Assembly (NCBI GenBank): GCA_038227875.1
Contig: JBBRPR010000002.1
Location: 192,001 to 256,000, forward strand
Length of the DNA stretch: 64,000 nucleotides
Source: Planctomycetota bacterium
Lineage (GTDB): Bacteria; Planctomycetota; SZUA-567; H5-PLA8
Direction: 5' to 3'
Shown here in pieces: positions 43,728-52,224 of this stretch (positions are counted from its first letter, which is position 1; the number at the start of each line of letters is the position of its first letter). The position numbers were made by a program, and so were the translations under genes. Under the pieces are notes generated by a model that saw only the letters and a list, made by a program, of their open reading frames with translations, did not search any database and was not told the origin of the DNA.

Positions 43728-44291
43728 TCAATTGATTCGGCCGAGGAACTCGCCGTCTTCGGTGCGGATCTTGACCTTGTCGCCCTTTTTGATGTGGCCG
43801 GGGACTTTGACTTCCGCTCCGGTTTCGACGGTGGCGAGCTTGAAGACGCTCGTGGCCGTGTCGCCGCGCGCCGCGTCGGGCGTGTCGGTGACGGTCAGTT
43901 CGACGAACTGCGGCATTTCGATGCTCAGCGCCCGTTCCTTGTGCGTCAGGACGTTCAAGCGCGCATTGGGGACGAGGAACTTGATCGCTTCGCCGACGAG
44001 ATCCTTGGAGAGATTGATCTGGTCGTAGGTTTCCGGGTTCATCAGCACCAGCATGCCGCCGTCGGTATAGAGGTACTCGTATTCCTGGCGGATGAGCATC
44101 GCCTGCTCGACGTTGTCTTCCGGCGAGAAGCGCTGATTGTAGACGTTGCCGCGTTCGAGATTCTTGAGCAGCACCTGGTAATAGCTGCGCAGATTGCCGC
44201 GGGTCTGCAGGTCCTTTTTGAAGACGATCCAAATTTCGTTGTTGAAGATGATCGCTTCGCCCTGCTTGATTTCATTGAACTTGACTGGCAT
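43728..44291 (-). CDS. efp: Elongation factor P, non-canonical loop
   Basis: EYLYTDG, MNPETYDQI, RGDTATSVFKLATVETG, VPGHIKKGDKVKI. Confidence 0.9.
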   Translation of the reverse strand: MPVKFNEIKQGEAIIFNNEIWIVFKKDLQTRGNLRSYYQVLLKNLERGNVYNQRFSPEDNVEQAMLIRQEYEYLYTDGGMLVLMNPETYDQINLSKDLVGEAIKFLVPNARLNVLTHKERALSIEMPQFVELTVTDTPDAARGDTATSVFKLATVETGAEVKVPGHIKKGDKVKIRTEDGEFLGRIN

Positions 44292-44571
44292 GACCTGCTC
44301 CTTCCATCCCACTACGAAAAAACGACCCGCGCACACGCGCGGGGGTCGGGGAATCAACTCGGGTGGAAAAGTATACACGAGGCCACTTTGCACGGCAAGG
44401 AGCGCCGCGCGCCGCGGGGCGGCGAGGGGTCAGGGGCCAGGGGCCAGGGGTCAGAGATGGGAATGGACGCGTGCGGGAGTTTGCGGTTCGCGCGGTGGGG
44501 CGAGTAGGCAGAAGGCAGTGGGTAGGTGGCACAAGACTTGGCGATTACGTTCAGAAGGGTAGGATGAGGGG

Positions 44572-44814
44572 ATGAATGTTTCGGTGAAACTGTTTGGGGC
44601 GGAGGCGAAGGCGGCGGGCTTGCGCGAAGTATCTGTGGAGATTGGCGAGACCACGTGCCTGGCGTTGCGTGATGAACTGGCGCGGAAAATTCCGGCGCTC
44701 GCGCCGCTGCTGGAGAAATGCCGCTTTGCGGTGAATCATGAATTTGTGGAATTGGATCGGACGCTGGTGGCCTCGGATGAGATCGCGTTGATCGGGATGG
44801 TTTCGGGCGGATGA
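44572..44814 (+). CDS. moaD: Molybdopterin synthase sulfur carrier
   Basis: VKLFG, RFAVNHEFV, C-terminal VSGG. Confidence 0.9.
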   Translation: MNVSVKLFGAEAKAAGLREVSVEIGETTCLALRDELARKIPALAPLLEKCRFAVNHEFVELDRTLVASDEIALIGMVSGG

Positions 44815-45278
44815 GCGTCACGGTAAAAATCAGCGATGGGCCGTTGCCGGCATCGGCCGAACCGTGGAGTTTCCCCGGCGCGGGCGCGGTGCTCTGTTTC
44901 GACGGCATCGTGCGGCCCAGCGAAGACGGCCGTCCGATCGTGGGGCTCGATTACGAAGCCTACGAACCGATGGCCACGCGGATGCTCACGCAAATCGCGC
45001 AGGAACTGTTCGAGCGGCATGCGCTGCTGGCGATTCGCGTCGAGCACAGCCGCGGACACGTGGGGAATGGTGAAGTCTCGTATCGCCTGCGGATCGCGAG
45101 CAAACACCGCAAGGAAGGCATCGCGGCGCTGGATGAGTTCACGGACCGGTTGAAGAAGGACGTGCCGATCTGGAAGACCGCGCGCGCGCCTCTGAGTGGC
45201 GAGGGGTCAGGCGCGGCGGGCCGCGAGGGGTCAGGGGTCAGGGGCCAGGGGTCAGAGTTGGGCGATCGCAGGGAGTAG
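44811..45278 (+). CDS. moaE: Molybdopterin synthase catalytic subunit
   Basis: GAVLCFDGIVR, LDYEAYEPMA, HRKEG, LKKDVPIWK; ATGA coupling with moaD. Confidence 0.92.
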   Translation: MSVTVKISDGPLPASAEPWSFPGAGAVLCFDGIVRPSEDGRPIVGLDYEAYEPMATRMLTQIAQELFERHALLAIRVEHSRGHVGNGEVSYRLRIASKHRKEGIAALDEFTDRLKKDVPIWKTARAPLSGEGSGAAGREGSGVRGQGSELGDRRE

Positions 45279-45437
45279 GCGCGCGTGGAATTCGCGCGGT
45301 GGAGAGTATGCGGATGGCAGTGGCGGACAACTGCAGGTCCTGAGAGTTGGGCTGATCGCGCTGTTTCTGCAACGTGCGCGCTTGCGAATCAGGATATTCA
45401 ATGCCTCACGAACCTTCGATGTCGGTCCGCGAGTTCG

Positions 45438-45542
45438 CACTGGTGGCTAAACAGCCAGCCACCAGTGGCACACAACTGCGGCCTCAATTGCAAACGCAGA
45501 GTCATTCCCGCACCCGTCTCAACAGCGAGACGTGTGGCACCC
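45438..45542 (-). repeat. REP/MITE-like hairpin element, copy 2
   Basis: Reverse complement shares three ordered blocks with 20372-20533. Confidence 0.7.
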
Positions 45543-45641
45543 GGCGTGGGATTTGGCGCAAGCTGATGGCGAACTGTTCCTGACTACTGATTCTGCCTAC
45601 TCGCTGCGAAAATTCCTTACGCAGCTCCGTGCCCGTATCCA

Positions 45642-45695
45642 CCCCTGACCCCTGACCCCTGACCCCTGACCCCTGACCCCTGACCCCTGACCCCT
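45642..45695 (+). repeat. Heptamer tandem repeat (CCCCTGA), about 7 copies
   Basis: Seen directly; inverted related arrays at about 44426-44454 and 45227-45255. Confidence 0.9.
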
Positions 45696-45710
45696 CGCGC
45701 GTCAGCGCGC

Positions 45711-48230
45711 TTACTGGCGGAAGACGTAGATGCGGTAGAGCGCGAGGATGTCGTCGCGGGTGTTGGTGAATTCGATGGCGATGGATTTGATTGACATGCC
45801 TGAAATGAATTTTCCACCTGGCGAGACTTCGACTTTCTTCAGGCGGCCCGGCGGAAGAGTGACGGGGAGTTCCTTCCATTTGTCGTCTTTGTCCTGAAAT
45901 TTCACCACGGCATCGCATTCCGTCGTGGCGCTGTATTCCAGGACGATGCGGCCATTGGGGCCGGGGCTGAGGAGGTTGTCGGGGGCTTCGAAGCTGAGCG
46001 TTTTCGAGTCGGTCTGGCCGTCGACCCAGGGCAATTTACCGGTGAAGAATTTAATCGTGCGTGGCGACCACTTGACGCGAGGGTCGGTGCCCGCGGAATT
46101 AAAGAGCAGCAGTGCGCCGGCGGGCATCGGCGGGAGTTCGTTGGGGCCGATGAGCTGCTTTTTGAATTCCTGCTTCAACGTCTGTTCGCCATTCTGGATC
46201 GCCCGGTCAAGACCATCAAGGCGCGGGCACCAGGTTGCGTTGTACGTGTCCTTTTCGGCGACTTCGCGTTCGAGTTCATCCAGCCGCGACTTGGCGCGCG
46301 GGTAGTTGCGCTGCTGCGTCAGCGTCTCGACTTGCGTCGCGCCTTCGTTCAACGCGGCTTGAACGGCGGGGACCACCGGCGGGTTGACGACGGCGGGGAT
46401 CACGGGCGGCGGAGGAACCGGCACGACTGGCGTCACGGGTGGCGGCGGCGTGGGAACGACCGGCGTGACCGGGAGTTTCGTGTCGACCACCGGAGATGTG
46501 GAATTGCCCGTGGTCGTGGCGGTGTGGGTTGAATCATTGGAAGCGGCATCGGATTTTTTGCCGCTGAACGCAAAATAGAGGACCACCGAGCCGAGCACAA
46601 TGGCCGCGGCGATGGCGCCACCGATGACCTGGTAATTGAGTCCCGCGGACTTGGCCGGAATGGCGGCTGCATTTTCTGAGCTCTCACTGGCCGGCGCGGC
46701 TGCCGCCGCAACCGTGGGCGCAGTTTCCGTCTCCGACGGCGGCACCGGCTGGGATTCCTTGGAGACCGGACGCCTGCGTGACTGCGGCGATAGATTCACG
46801 TCGTCGACGACCGGTTCGCGTTCCTGAGCGACAGGGCCCTGGCCCGATTTCCGCGTTGAGACGCGTGCGCTTTCATTGGGCGCGACGGGATCTCGTTTGC
46901 CGGTGGAGCGGCCTTCGCGCTCGGCGACCGGTTCGCGCTTGCCGGTCTGTCGGCCTTCGCGCTCCGCGACCGGTTCTCGCTTACCCGTCTGCCGGCCCTC
47001 GCGCTCTGCGACGGGTTCCCGTTTTCCTGTCTGGCGGCCCTCGCGTTCCGCGACCGGCTCGCGCTTGCCCGTCGCGCGTTTGCTCGGAGCACTCGCTTCG
47101 CGCTCGTCGCCGACGGGTTTGTATTTTCCAGTGCCGACGCGCAGCGAACGCATGCCGATCGACGAATGAATCGGATCGAGCGCGGGACTGGAAGGCGCTT
47201 TGCCCGCGGCGACGTGCTCGAGGTCTTCGACCAGCTCCGCGCAGTTCAGATAGCGGTCGTCGGCCTTCTTGGCCATCATGCGCGTGATCACTTCGATCAA
47301 GCCCTGCGGACAATCGGGGCGCAGGTCCGCGGGGTTGGCGAGTTGATCGTTGAGATGCTTGGTCATGATCACCACGGACGTCGGGCCGTCGAATGGCGTG
47401 CGGCCCGTGATCAGGTGATAGAGAGTGGCGCCGAGCGAATAGATGTCCGTTCGGCCGTCGATGGCCTGATCGCCGCGCGCCTGTTCGGGCGAAATGTAAT
47501 GTGGCGTGCCAACGGTGACGCCCGCCTGCGTGTTGAACGACGAATCGGCTTCGCCGATTGTTTTCGAGAGACCCATGTCGAGAATCTTGATCAAGCCGTC
47601 GCTGGTGGCGACGAGATTGCCGGGCTTGATGTCGCGGTGGATGGTGTTGTGTTCGTGTGCGTACTGCAGGCCGCGCGCGACCTGGATGGTGATCTGGATC
47701 GCGTCGTAAATGTCGAGCTGTTTCTCGCGGCGGAGGCGTTTGTCAAGCGGCTCGCCGTCGCAGTATTCCATCACGTAATACTGGTAGCCCTTATTTTCGC
47801 CGACGTTGAAACCGGCGACGATGTTGGGGTGGTTGAGGCGGCCGAGCGCTTGCGCTTCGCGGCGGAAGCGGCCGAGGAATTCCGGGTTCGTGGAGAACTT
47901 GCGGCTGAGCACCTTCAGCGCGACCTTGCGGTAGGCGACGGTGTCTTCGGCCAGGTAGACGGAACCCATGCCGCCTTCGCCGAGCTTCTTGATCAGCTTG
48001 TAATTGTCGAGCTGCTGGATGCCGGACGATTGGGCTTTGAGTTTTTTCTCGACTGTCTCGCGCTGAGCGGTGGTGATGATGCCTTCGCGGACCATCACTT
48101 CGGAAATGGTGGAGGCGGTGCCGGTCTGCGAACCTTCGTTCAAACGCTTACGGGCGGCTGCGATTTGCGCGTCCGTCGCCATGCCGGTCTGGAGCACGTA
48201 TTTGACAAATGTTTCGTCGCTATTCGCCAT
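45711..48230 (-). CDS. Membrane-anchored Hanks-type Ser/Thr protein kinase
   Basis: LGEGGMGSVY, VALK, HRDIKPGN, DMG, GTPHYISPEQ, DIYSLG; one TM helix; Pro/Val-rich linker. Confidence 0.93.
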   Translation of the reverse strand: MANSDETFVKYVLQTGMATDAQIAAARKRLNEGSQTGTASTISEVMVREGIITTAQRETVEKKLKAQSSGIQQLDNYKLIKKLGEGGMGSVYLAEDTVAYRKVALKVLSRKFSTNPEFLGRFRREAQALGRLNHPNIVAGFNVGENKGYQYYVMEYCDGEPLDKRLRREKQLDIYDAIQITIQVARGLQYAHEHNTIHRDIKPGNLVATSDGLIKILDMGLSKTIGEADSSFNTQAGVTVGTPHYISPEQARGDQAIDGRTDIYSLGATLYHLITGRTPFDGPTSVVIMTKHLNDQLANPADLRPDCPQGLIEVITRMMAKKADDRYLNCAELVEDLEHVAAGKAPSSPALDPIHSSIGMRSLRVGTGKYKPVGDEREASAPSKRATGKREPVAEREGRQTGKREPVAEREGRQTGKREPVAEREGRQTGKREPVAEREGRSTGKRDPVAPNESARVSTRKSGQGPVAQEREPVVDDVNLSPQSRRRPVSKESQPVPPSETETAPTVAAAAAPASESSENAAAIPAKSAGLNYQVIGGAIAAAIVLGSVVLYFAFSGKKSDAASNDSTHTATTTGNSTSPVVDTKLPVTPVVPTPPPPVTPVVPVPPPPVIPAVVNPPVVPAVQAALNEGATQVETLTQQRNYPRAKSRLDELEREVAEKDTYNATWCPRLDGLDRAIQNGEQTLKQEFKKQLIGPNELPPMPAGALLLFNSAGTDPRVKWSPRTIKFFTGKLPWVDGQTDSKTLSFEAPDNLLSPGPNGRIVLEYSATTECDAVVKFQDKDDKWKELPVTLPPGRLKKVEVSPGGKFISGMSIKSIAIEFTNTRDDILALYRIYVFRQ
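46881..47072 (-). repeat. Coding 42-bp repeat, TGKREPVAEREGR(Q/S), about 4.5 copies
   Basis: Visible in the translation of the kinase juxtamembrane region. Confidence 0.9.
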
Positions 48231-48451
48231 GCGTAACGTGACACCCACCCGATCGCCAGCGCTAATACTGCCTGAAAGATCGATCTCGTGCAAGGCGGAT
48301 GACTTAGAGACGACAGCTTTTCCCTGCGCGAGGTGCGTTCCACGCTTAAATACACCGCAGACTTTCACAGAAGCTATTGTTTTGAAAGAAGTTAGGCACG
48401 TGTGCGCAAGAATTTCCGAGTGTTGTTGTACCTCTTATACACAATTCAATA

Positions 48452-48967
48452 TTAACGCGGAGCGCGTTTGCGAATGGCTTTGGCGGGCACTCCGGCATAC
48501 ACGGTTCCGGGTGGAACGTCTTTGGTGACGACCGCTCCGGCGCCGATCGTGGCGCCTTCGCCGATCGTTACACCGCACAAAATCGCAACATTCGATCCGA
48601 TCGCGGCGCGTTTGCAGATGTGCGTGGGTTCGCATTTCCAGTCGCCGGGCTTGACGGGGCTGCCATCGGGAAGCACGGCGGCGGGATAGCGGTCGTTGAT
48701 GAACGTGACGCCATGTCCGATGAAACATTCGTCGTCGATCGTCACGGCTTCGCAGATAAACGTGTGGCTTTGAATTTTACAGCGCTTGCCGATTACCGCG
48801 CCTTTTTGAATTTCGACGAAGGCGCCGACCTTCGTTCCATCGCCGATGCTGCAGCCGTAGAGATTGACAAACGAAAAGATGCCGACGTTTTCACCGAGCA
48901 CCACGTCGGGTGCGATGCGGATGAAATTTTCGCGGTCGTAATTCGCATCGCGTTTTGGATGAGCCAC
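48452..48967 (-). CDS. Hexapeptide-repeat acyltransferase (nucleotide-sugar N-acetyltransferase-like)
   Basis: IGKRCKIQSH, FIGHGVTFIND, IGAGAVVTKDVP, AGVPAK. Confidence 0.88.
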   Translation of the reverse strand: MAHPKRDANYDRENFIRIAPDVVLGENVGIFSFVNLYGCSIGDGTKVGAFVEIQKGAVIGKRCKIQSHTFICEAVTIDDECFIGHGVTFINDRYPAAVLPDGSPVKPGDWKCEPTHICKRAAIGSNVAILCGVTIGEGATIGAGAVVTKDVPPGTVYAGVPAKAIRKRAPR

Positions 48968-49065
48968 GTGAATCGCTACTCCCCTAAATATGCCCAGGCA
49001 TGAAATGCTGCTTCCTGCCCGCTTAAGTGTCGTCAGACGAAGTGAAAGGTTACCACCGGGTGAAG

Positions 49066-49830
49066 TCAGCGCTTCCGCACGACATCATCGGCGGCATAAT
49101 CGTAATGGCCGGCTTGAGCATAAAAGCCAAAGAGTCGCTTTTGTTCCTCGGTCAATCCGGCGATCACATCCGGCGAGAGGCTCTTGGTGTAATCCCACTG
49201 CGGCCGCACCCACGGACGGCTGTAGAAGGCATGAATGGCGCGGCGCGGTTTGCTGGTTTTGTTGGCGCTGCCGGCATGCCAGAGTCCGCCATTGTACGCG
49301 ATGAGACTGCCGGCGGGCGCTTCGAGATAAATAGCTTCCTTCTCGATGGCGTCGCGGTCCATCTTGCCCTTGATCCACATGCGATCCTGGCTGCGCGGCA
49401 CGATTCGGGTGCAGCCGTTTTCGCGGGTGAAGTCATCGAGGCAATGCAACGCGTTGATGTAGAGCACCGAGCCGGGAATCGTTTCGTTCTGATCGATGTG
49501 GAGATCCTGCTTCACGCCACCGGGTGTCATCGTCAGACCATTGAGGCTCGCCAGAACGCAGTTCTCGCCCAGCAGCATTTGCATCAAGGGCAGCACGCGG
49601 GGATTTAAAGCAAACGAACGGAACCAGGCGTGCTTCTGAGGCAGCAGGTAGGCCACTTTGTAGGTGGTGTTGTGCCAGCCGCGCTCCGGGCCAATTTCCT
49701 TTTCGCGTTCGAAGATTTCTTCCAGCGCGGCGTTGGTGGTGTCGAGCTGCGTGCGATCGAGCGCATCCGGGAGGATCGTGTATCCCTGGGTGCGCAACTC
49801 GTCTGCATGGACTTCCAGCGTTCGGGCCAT
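49066..49830 (-). CDS. PhyH family Fe(II)/2OG oxygenase
   Basis: LHID, LDDFTRENGCTRIVPRS, LWHAGSAN. Confidence 0.88.
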   Translation of the reverse strand: MARTLEVHADELRTQGYTILPDALDRTQLDTTNAALEEIFEREKEIGPERGWHNTTYKVAYLLPQKHAWFRSFALNPRVLPLMQMLLGENCVLASLNGLTMTPGGVKQDLHIDQNETIPGSVLYINALHCLDDFTRENGCTRIVPRSQDRMWIKGKMDRDAIEKEAIYLEAPAGSLIAYNGGLWHAGSANKTSKPRRAIHAFYSRPWVRPQWDYTKSLSPDVIAGLTEEQKRLFGFYAQAGHYDYAADDVVRKR

Positions 49831-49835
49831 TTTCT

Positions 49836-50963
49836 TTACGCCATGGCGGGAGATTTGACATGTGCCACGCCGGCCGGCGCCGTGGCCGTGGATTGATTAC
49901 GGACCAGTGAGACAGGCATGAACTTGCGTTCGGCCTTGGTCACTTTTCCGGTCATCAATTCCAGGAACTGACGGGCGGCAACGCGGCCGGTTTCGGCATA
50001 GTCGACGAACGTGGAGGTGATGAAGCGGCCGGGTTCGAATTCCAGATTGTAGTTGCCGAATCCGCCCGTGACGCTGATGTCCTCGGGAATACGATAGCCG
50101 AGCTTTTTCAATTCCTGAATGAACGAGAGCGCCGAACCATCCGTGTTGGTCACGAAGGCCGTGGGCGCTGGGCGGCGGCCGAGGACGCGCAGCAGCATTT
50201 CCTGGATCGCCTCCGGCGAGCGGCGGCCGTATTCCTGAATATCCAGCGAGAGCCCGGCATCCTGCATCGCGACGCAGTAACCTTTCAGGCGTTCGTCTTC
50301 GATCAGCGTCAACGAACTGTTGTTGTGAACCTTGCTGACCATCAACGGGCGCAGGAAGGTGATGTGTTTGTGGCCCTGCTCGATCAGGAGCTTGGTGGTC
50401 TGGAAGGTGCCGAAGACGTTGTCGAAGACCACCGACGAGACGCCGTGGCGGTAGCAGTCGTGGTCGATGGAGAGCAGCGGCAGGCGCATTTCCAGCAGTT
50501 CAAAGATCACGCGGTCGGCGTCGACTTCGAACAGAACCAAACCGCCGAGCTTGAGTTTGGAGAGCTCGGTCTCCAGCGCCAGGCGGTCGAGCTGGATCAG
50601 CGAACAGGGAATCAGCGTGAACCCGGCGGTCTGCAGTTCGGTCGTGAGTGTATCGAGAATGGGTTTGGGGTAGGGCATGCCTTGCAGGTATTCCGGAGGT
50701 CCGGAGTGGAGCAGCCCAATGCGGTGTCCGCCACTGCCGGGCTTGAAGGCCTGCGACTTGATGAACAGGCCAGTGCCGCGCTTGGCTTCGATCATGCCTT
50801 CGGCGCTGAGCGCATGAATCGCCTTCTGCACGGTCTTGGTGCTGACGTTGAAGCTCTTGGCCAGCGACCGGATGGTGGGTAGCGTTGTTCCGGGCTCGTA
50901 CTGGCCATCCAGAATACGCTGGCGAAGTTGTCGTTTGATCTGCTGACTTGGGGACAGTTGCAT
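49836..50963 (-). CDS. GntR wHTH plus LacI-type sensor regulator (AraR-like)
   Basis: LPTIRSLAKSFNVSTKTVQKA; DNVFG, LIEQGHKHI, RLKGY, IPEDISV. Confidence 0.9.
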   Translation of the reverse strand: MQLSPSQQIKRQLRQRILDGQYEPGTTLPTIRSLAKSFNVSTKTVQKAIHALSAEGMIEAKRGTGLFIKSQAFKPGSGGHRIGLLHSGPPEYLQGMPYPKPILDTLTTELQTAGFTLIPCSLIQLDRLALETELSKLKLGGLVLFEVDADRVIFELLEMRLPLLSIDHDCYRHGVSSVVFDNVFGTFQTTKLLIEQGHKHITFLRPLMVSKVHNNSSLTLIEDERLKGYCVAMQDAGLSLDIQEYGRRSPEAIQEMLLRVLGRRPAPTAFVTNTDGSALSFIQELKKLGYRIPEDISVTGGFGNYNLEFEPGRFITSTFVDYAETGRVAARQFLELMTGKVTKAERKFMPVSLVRNQSTATAPAGVAHVKSPAMA

Positions 50964-51252
50964 GGCTCACCTCAAAGAATCACGCTTATTGTACCTGTGG
51001 TACTTCTCTATACGCTACAGCGCTCCAACTTGTGGAACTTTCTTGGAAAACGCCGATTCACAGTAAGATGCACCTCGTAGAACTTAAACTATCGGGACTG
51101 CAATTTCAATATAATACTCGACTTACAAAGCCAATTTTCCGGGTAGCACACTTGCGCTTTTCTGTTGTTCTTTCTCCCCGCGCTGTAGCACACCGTCAAG
51201 AATAGACGAAGTCGGTGGCCAGCGAGCATTTACGGAGTAGATTGAGCCGGCG

Positions 51253-52146
51253 ATGAGTTCCTTTAAATGTGCGTTTTGTGGCTCTCCTTTGTCCGTCCCG
51301 GACACTGGGGTGAAGACCATCGTCTGCCCCAATTGTATGGGTACACTGCCGCTGCCGTCCGAACCTGTTGGTGACGGTCCGCTGGCCGAGTTGCCGAACG
51401 CGCAAAAGGGTTTCCCGTTCATTCATATGTTGCTCGTCGCGCCCCTCGCGATCCTGTTCTTAGGTGTGCTCCTTCAGATGTGGTTGTCCAGGCAGTGGGG
51501 CGCGGCGGCTATCGCAGTGGTGCTGGGAGGAACTGCCGCCGCCGTACTGTTGATCCGCATGCGCGGCCGCTGGACGCTTTTTCGCGTGCTTTGGATCATG
51601 GCGCTTTCGGGCGTGTGGGTCGCGGCCAATTATCACGTGGGTATGCGGAAGCAGTGGGTACAGCGCACGTTCGCTCCGGTGCAGACGGAATTCGCCGGAT
51701 ACGTGCCGCCCCCTTCGCGAGTGGTAACCGCGTCGCGGTTGATTAAGCTCAAGCTTTTTCCGCTCATTCTGCATGGCCGCGGAAAGACGCGCGTGGAAAG
51801 TAACGCGCCGACGCTTCCGATTTCTTCGGAAGACTTTAAGCTCTACGAGGAATTGCCCCCAACTCTGAAGGCCGCGAACGCAGCCGAAGTTCAATCGGTG
51901 GTGGTTGTGAATTGGGGTTGGGACGCAACGACCCGCGCTGGAACGTGCGACATCACCGTGGTCGAACGTAAGACGCGAATGATTCTGGCGGCGACGAAGT
52001 TGACCCATGCGGACACGTCGGCTGAAGCGCACGGTCCAGATTGGCGCGGTGTGCAGCCTTCAGTGAAAGAGGTGTTGAGTTATCTGGAGAAGCTGGGCAT
52101 CGAGGCGGAACGCACACCGCAACCTGAAGCGACTGGGACTGATTGA
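51253..52146 (+). CDS. Membrane protein with N-terminal zinc ribbon
   Basis: CAFC...CPNC followed by three hydrophobic segments. Confidence 0.65.
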   Translation: MSSFKCAFCGSPLSVPDTGVKTIVCPNCMGTLPLPSEPVGDGPLAELPNAQKGFPFIHMLLVAPLAILFLGVLLQMWLSRQWGAAAIAVVLGGTAAAVLLIRMRGRWTLFRVLWIMALSGVWVAANYHVGMRKQWVQRTFAPVQTEFAGYVPPPSRVVTASRLIKLKLFPLILHGRGKTRVESNAPTLPISSEDFKLYEELPPTLKAANAAEVQSVVVVNWGWDATTRAGTCDITVVERKTRMILAATKLTHADTSAEAHGPDWRGVQPSVKEVLSYLEKLGIEAERTPQPEATGTD

Positions 52147-52224
52147 ACAAGATTTGACGATTGGACTGTGACTTGCCGTAACCGTACGACAACACGTTGG
52201 CACACACTGGAAAAACGAACTTAC

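Noticed and set aside
45252..45440. PTSKVREALNIL resembles the RsmD N-terminus
   Set aside because: Match is about 12 residues with no methyltransferase motifs following; probably chance
52197..52213. TTGGCAC as a sigma54 promoter for the DUF2126 gene
   Set aside because: No GC at the required -12 spacing
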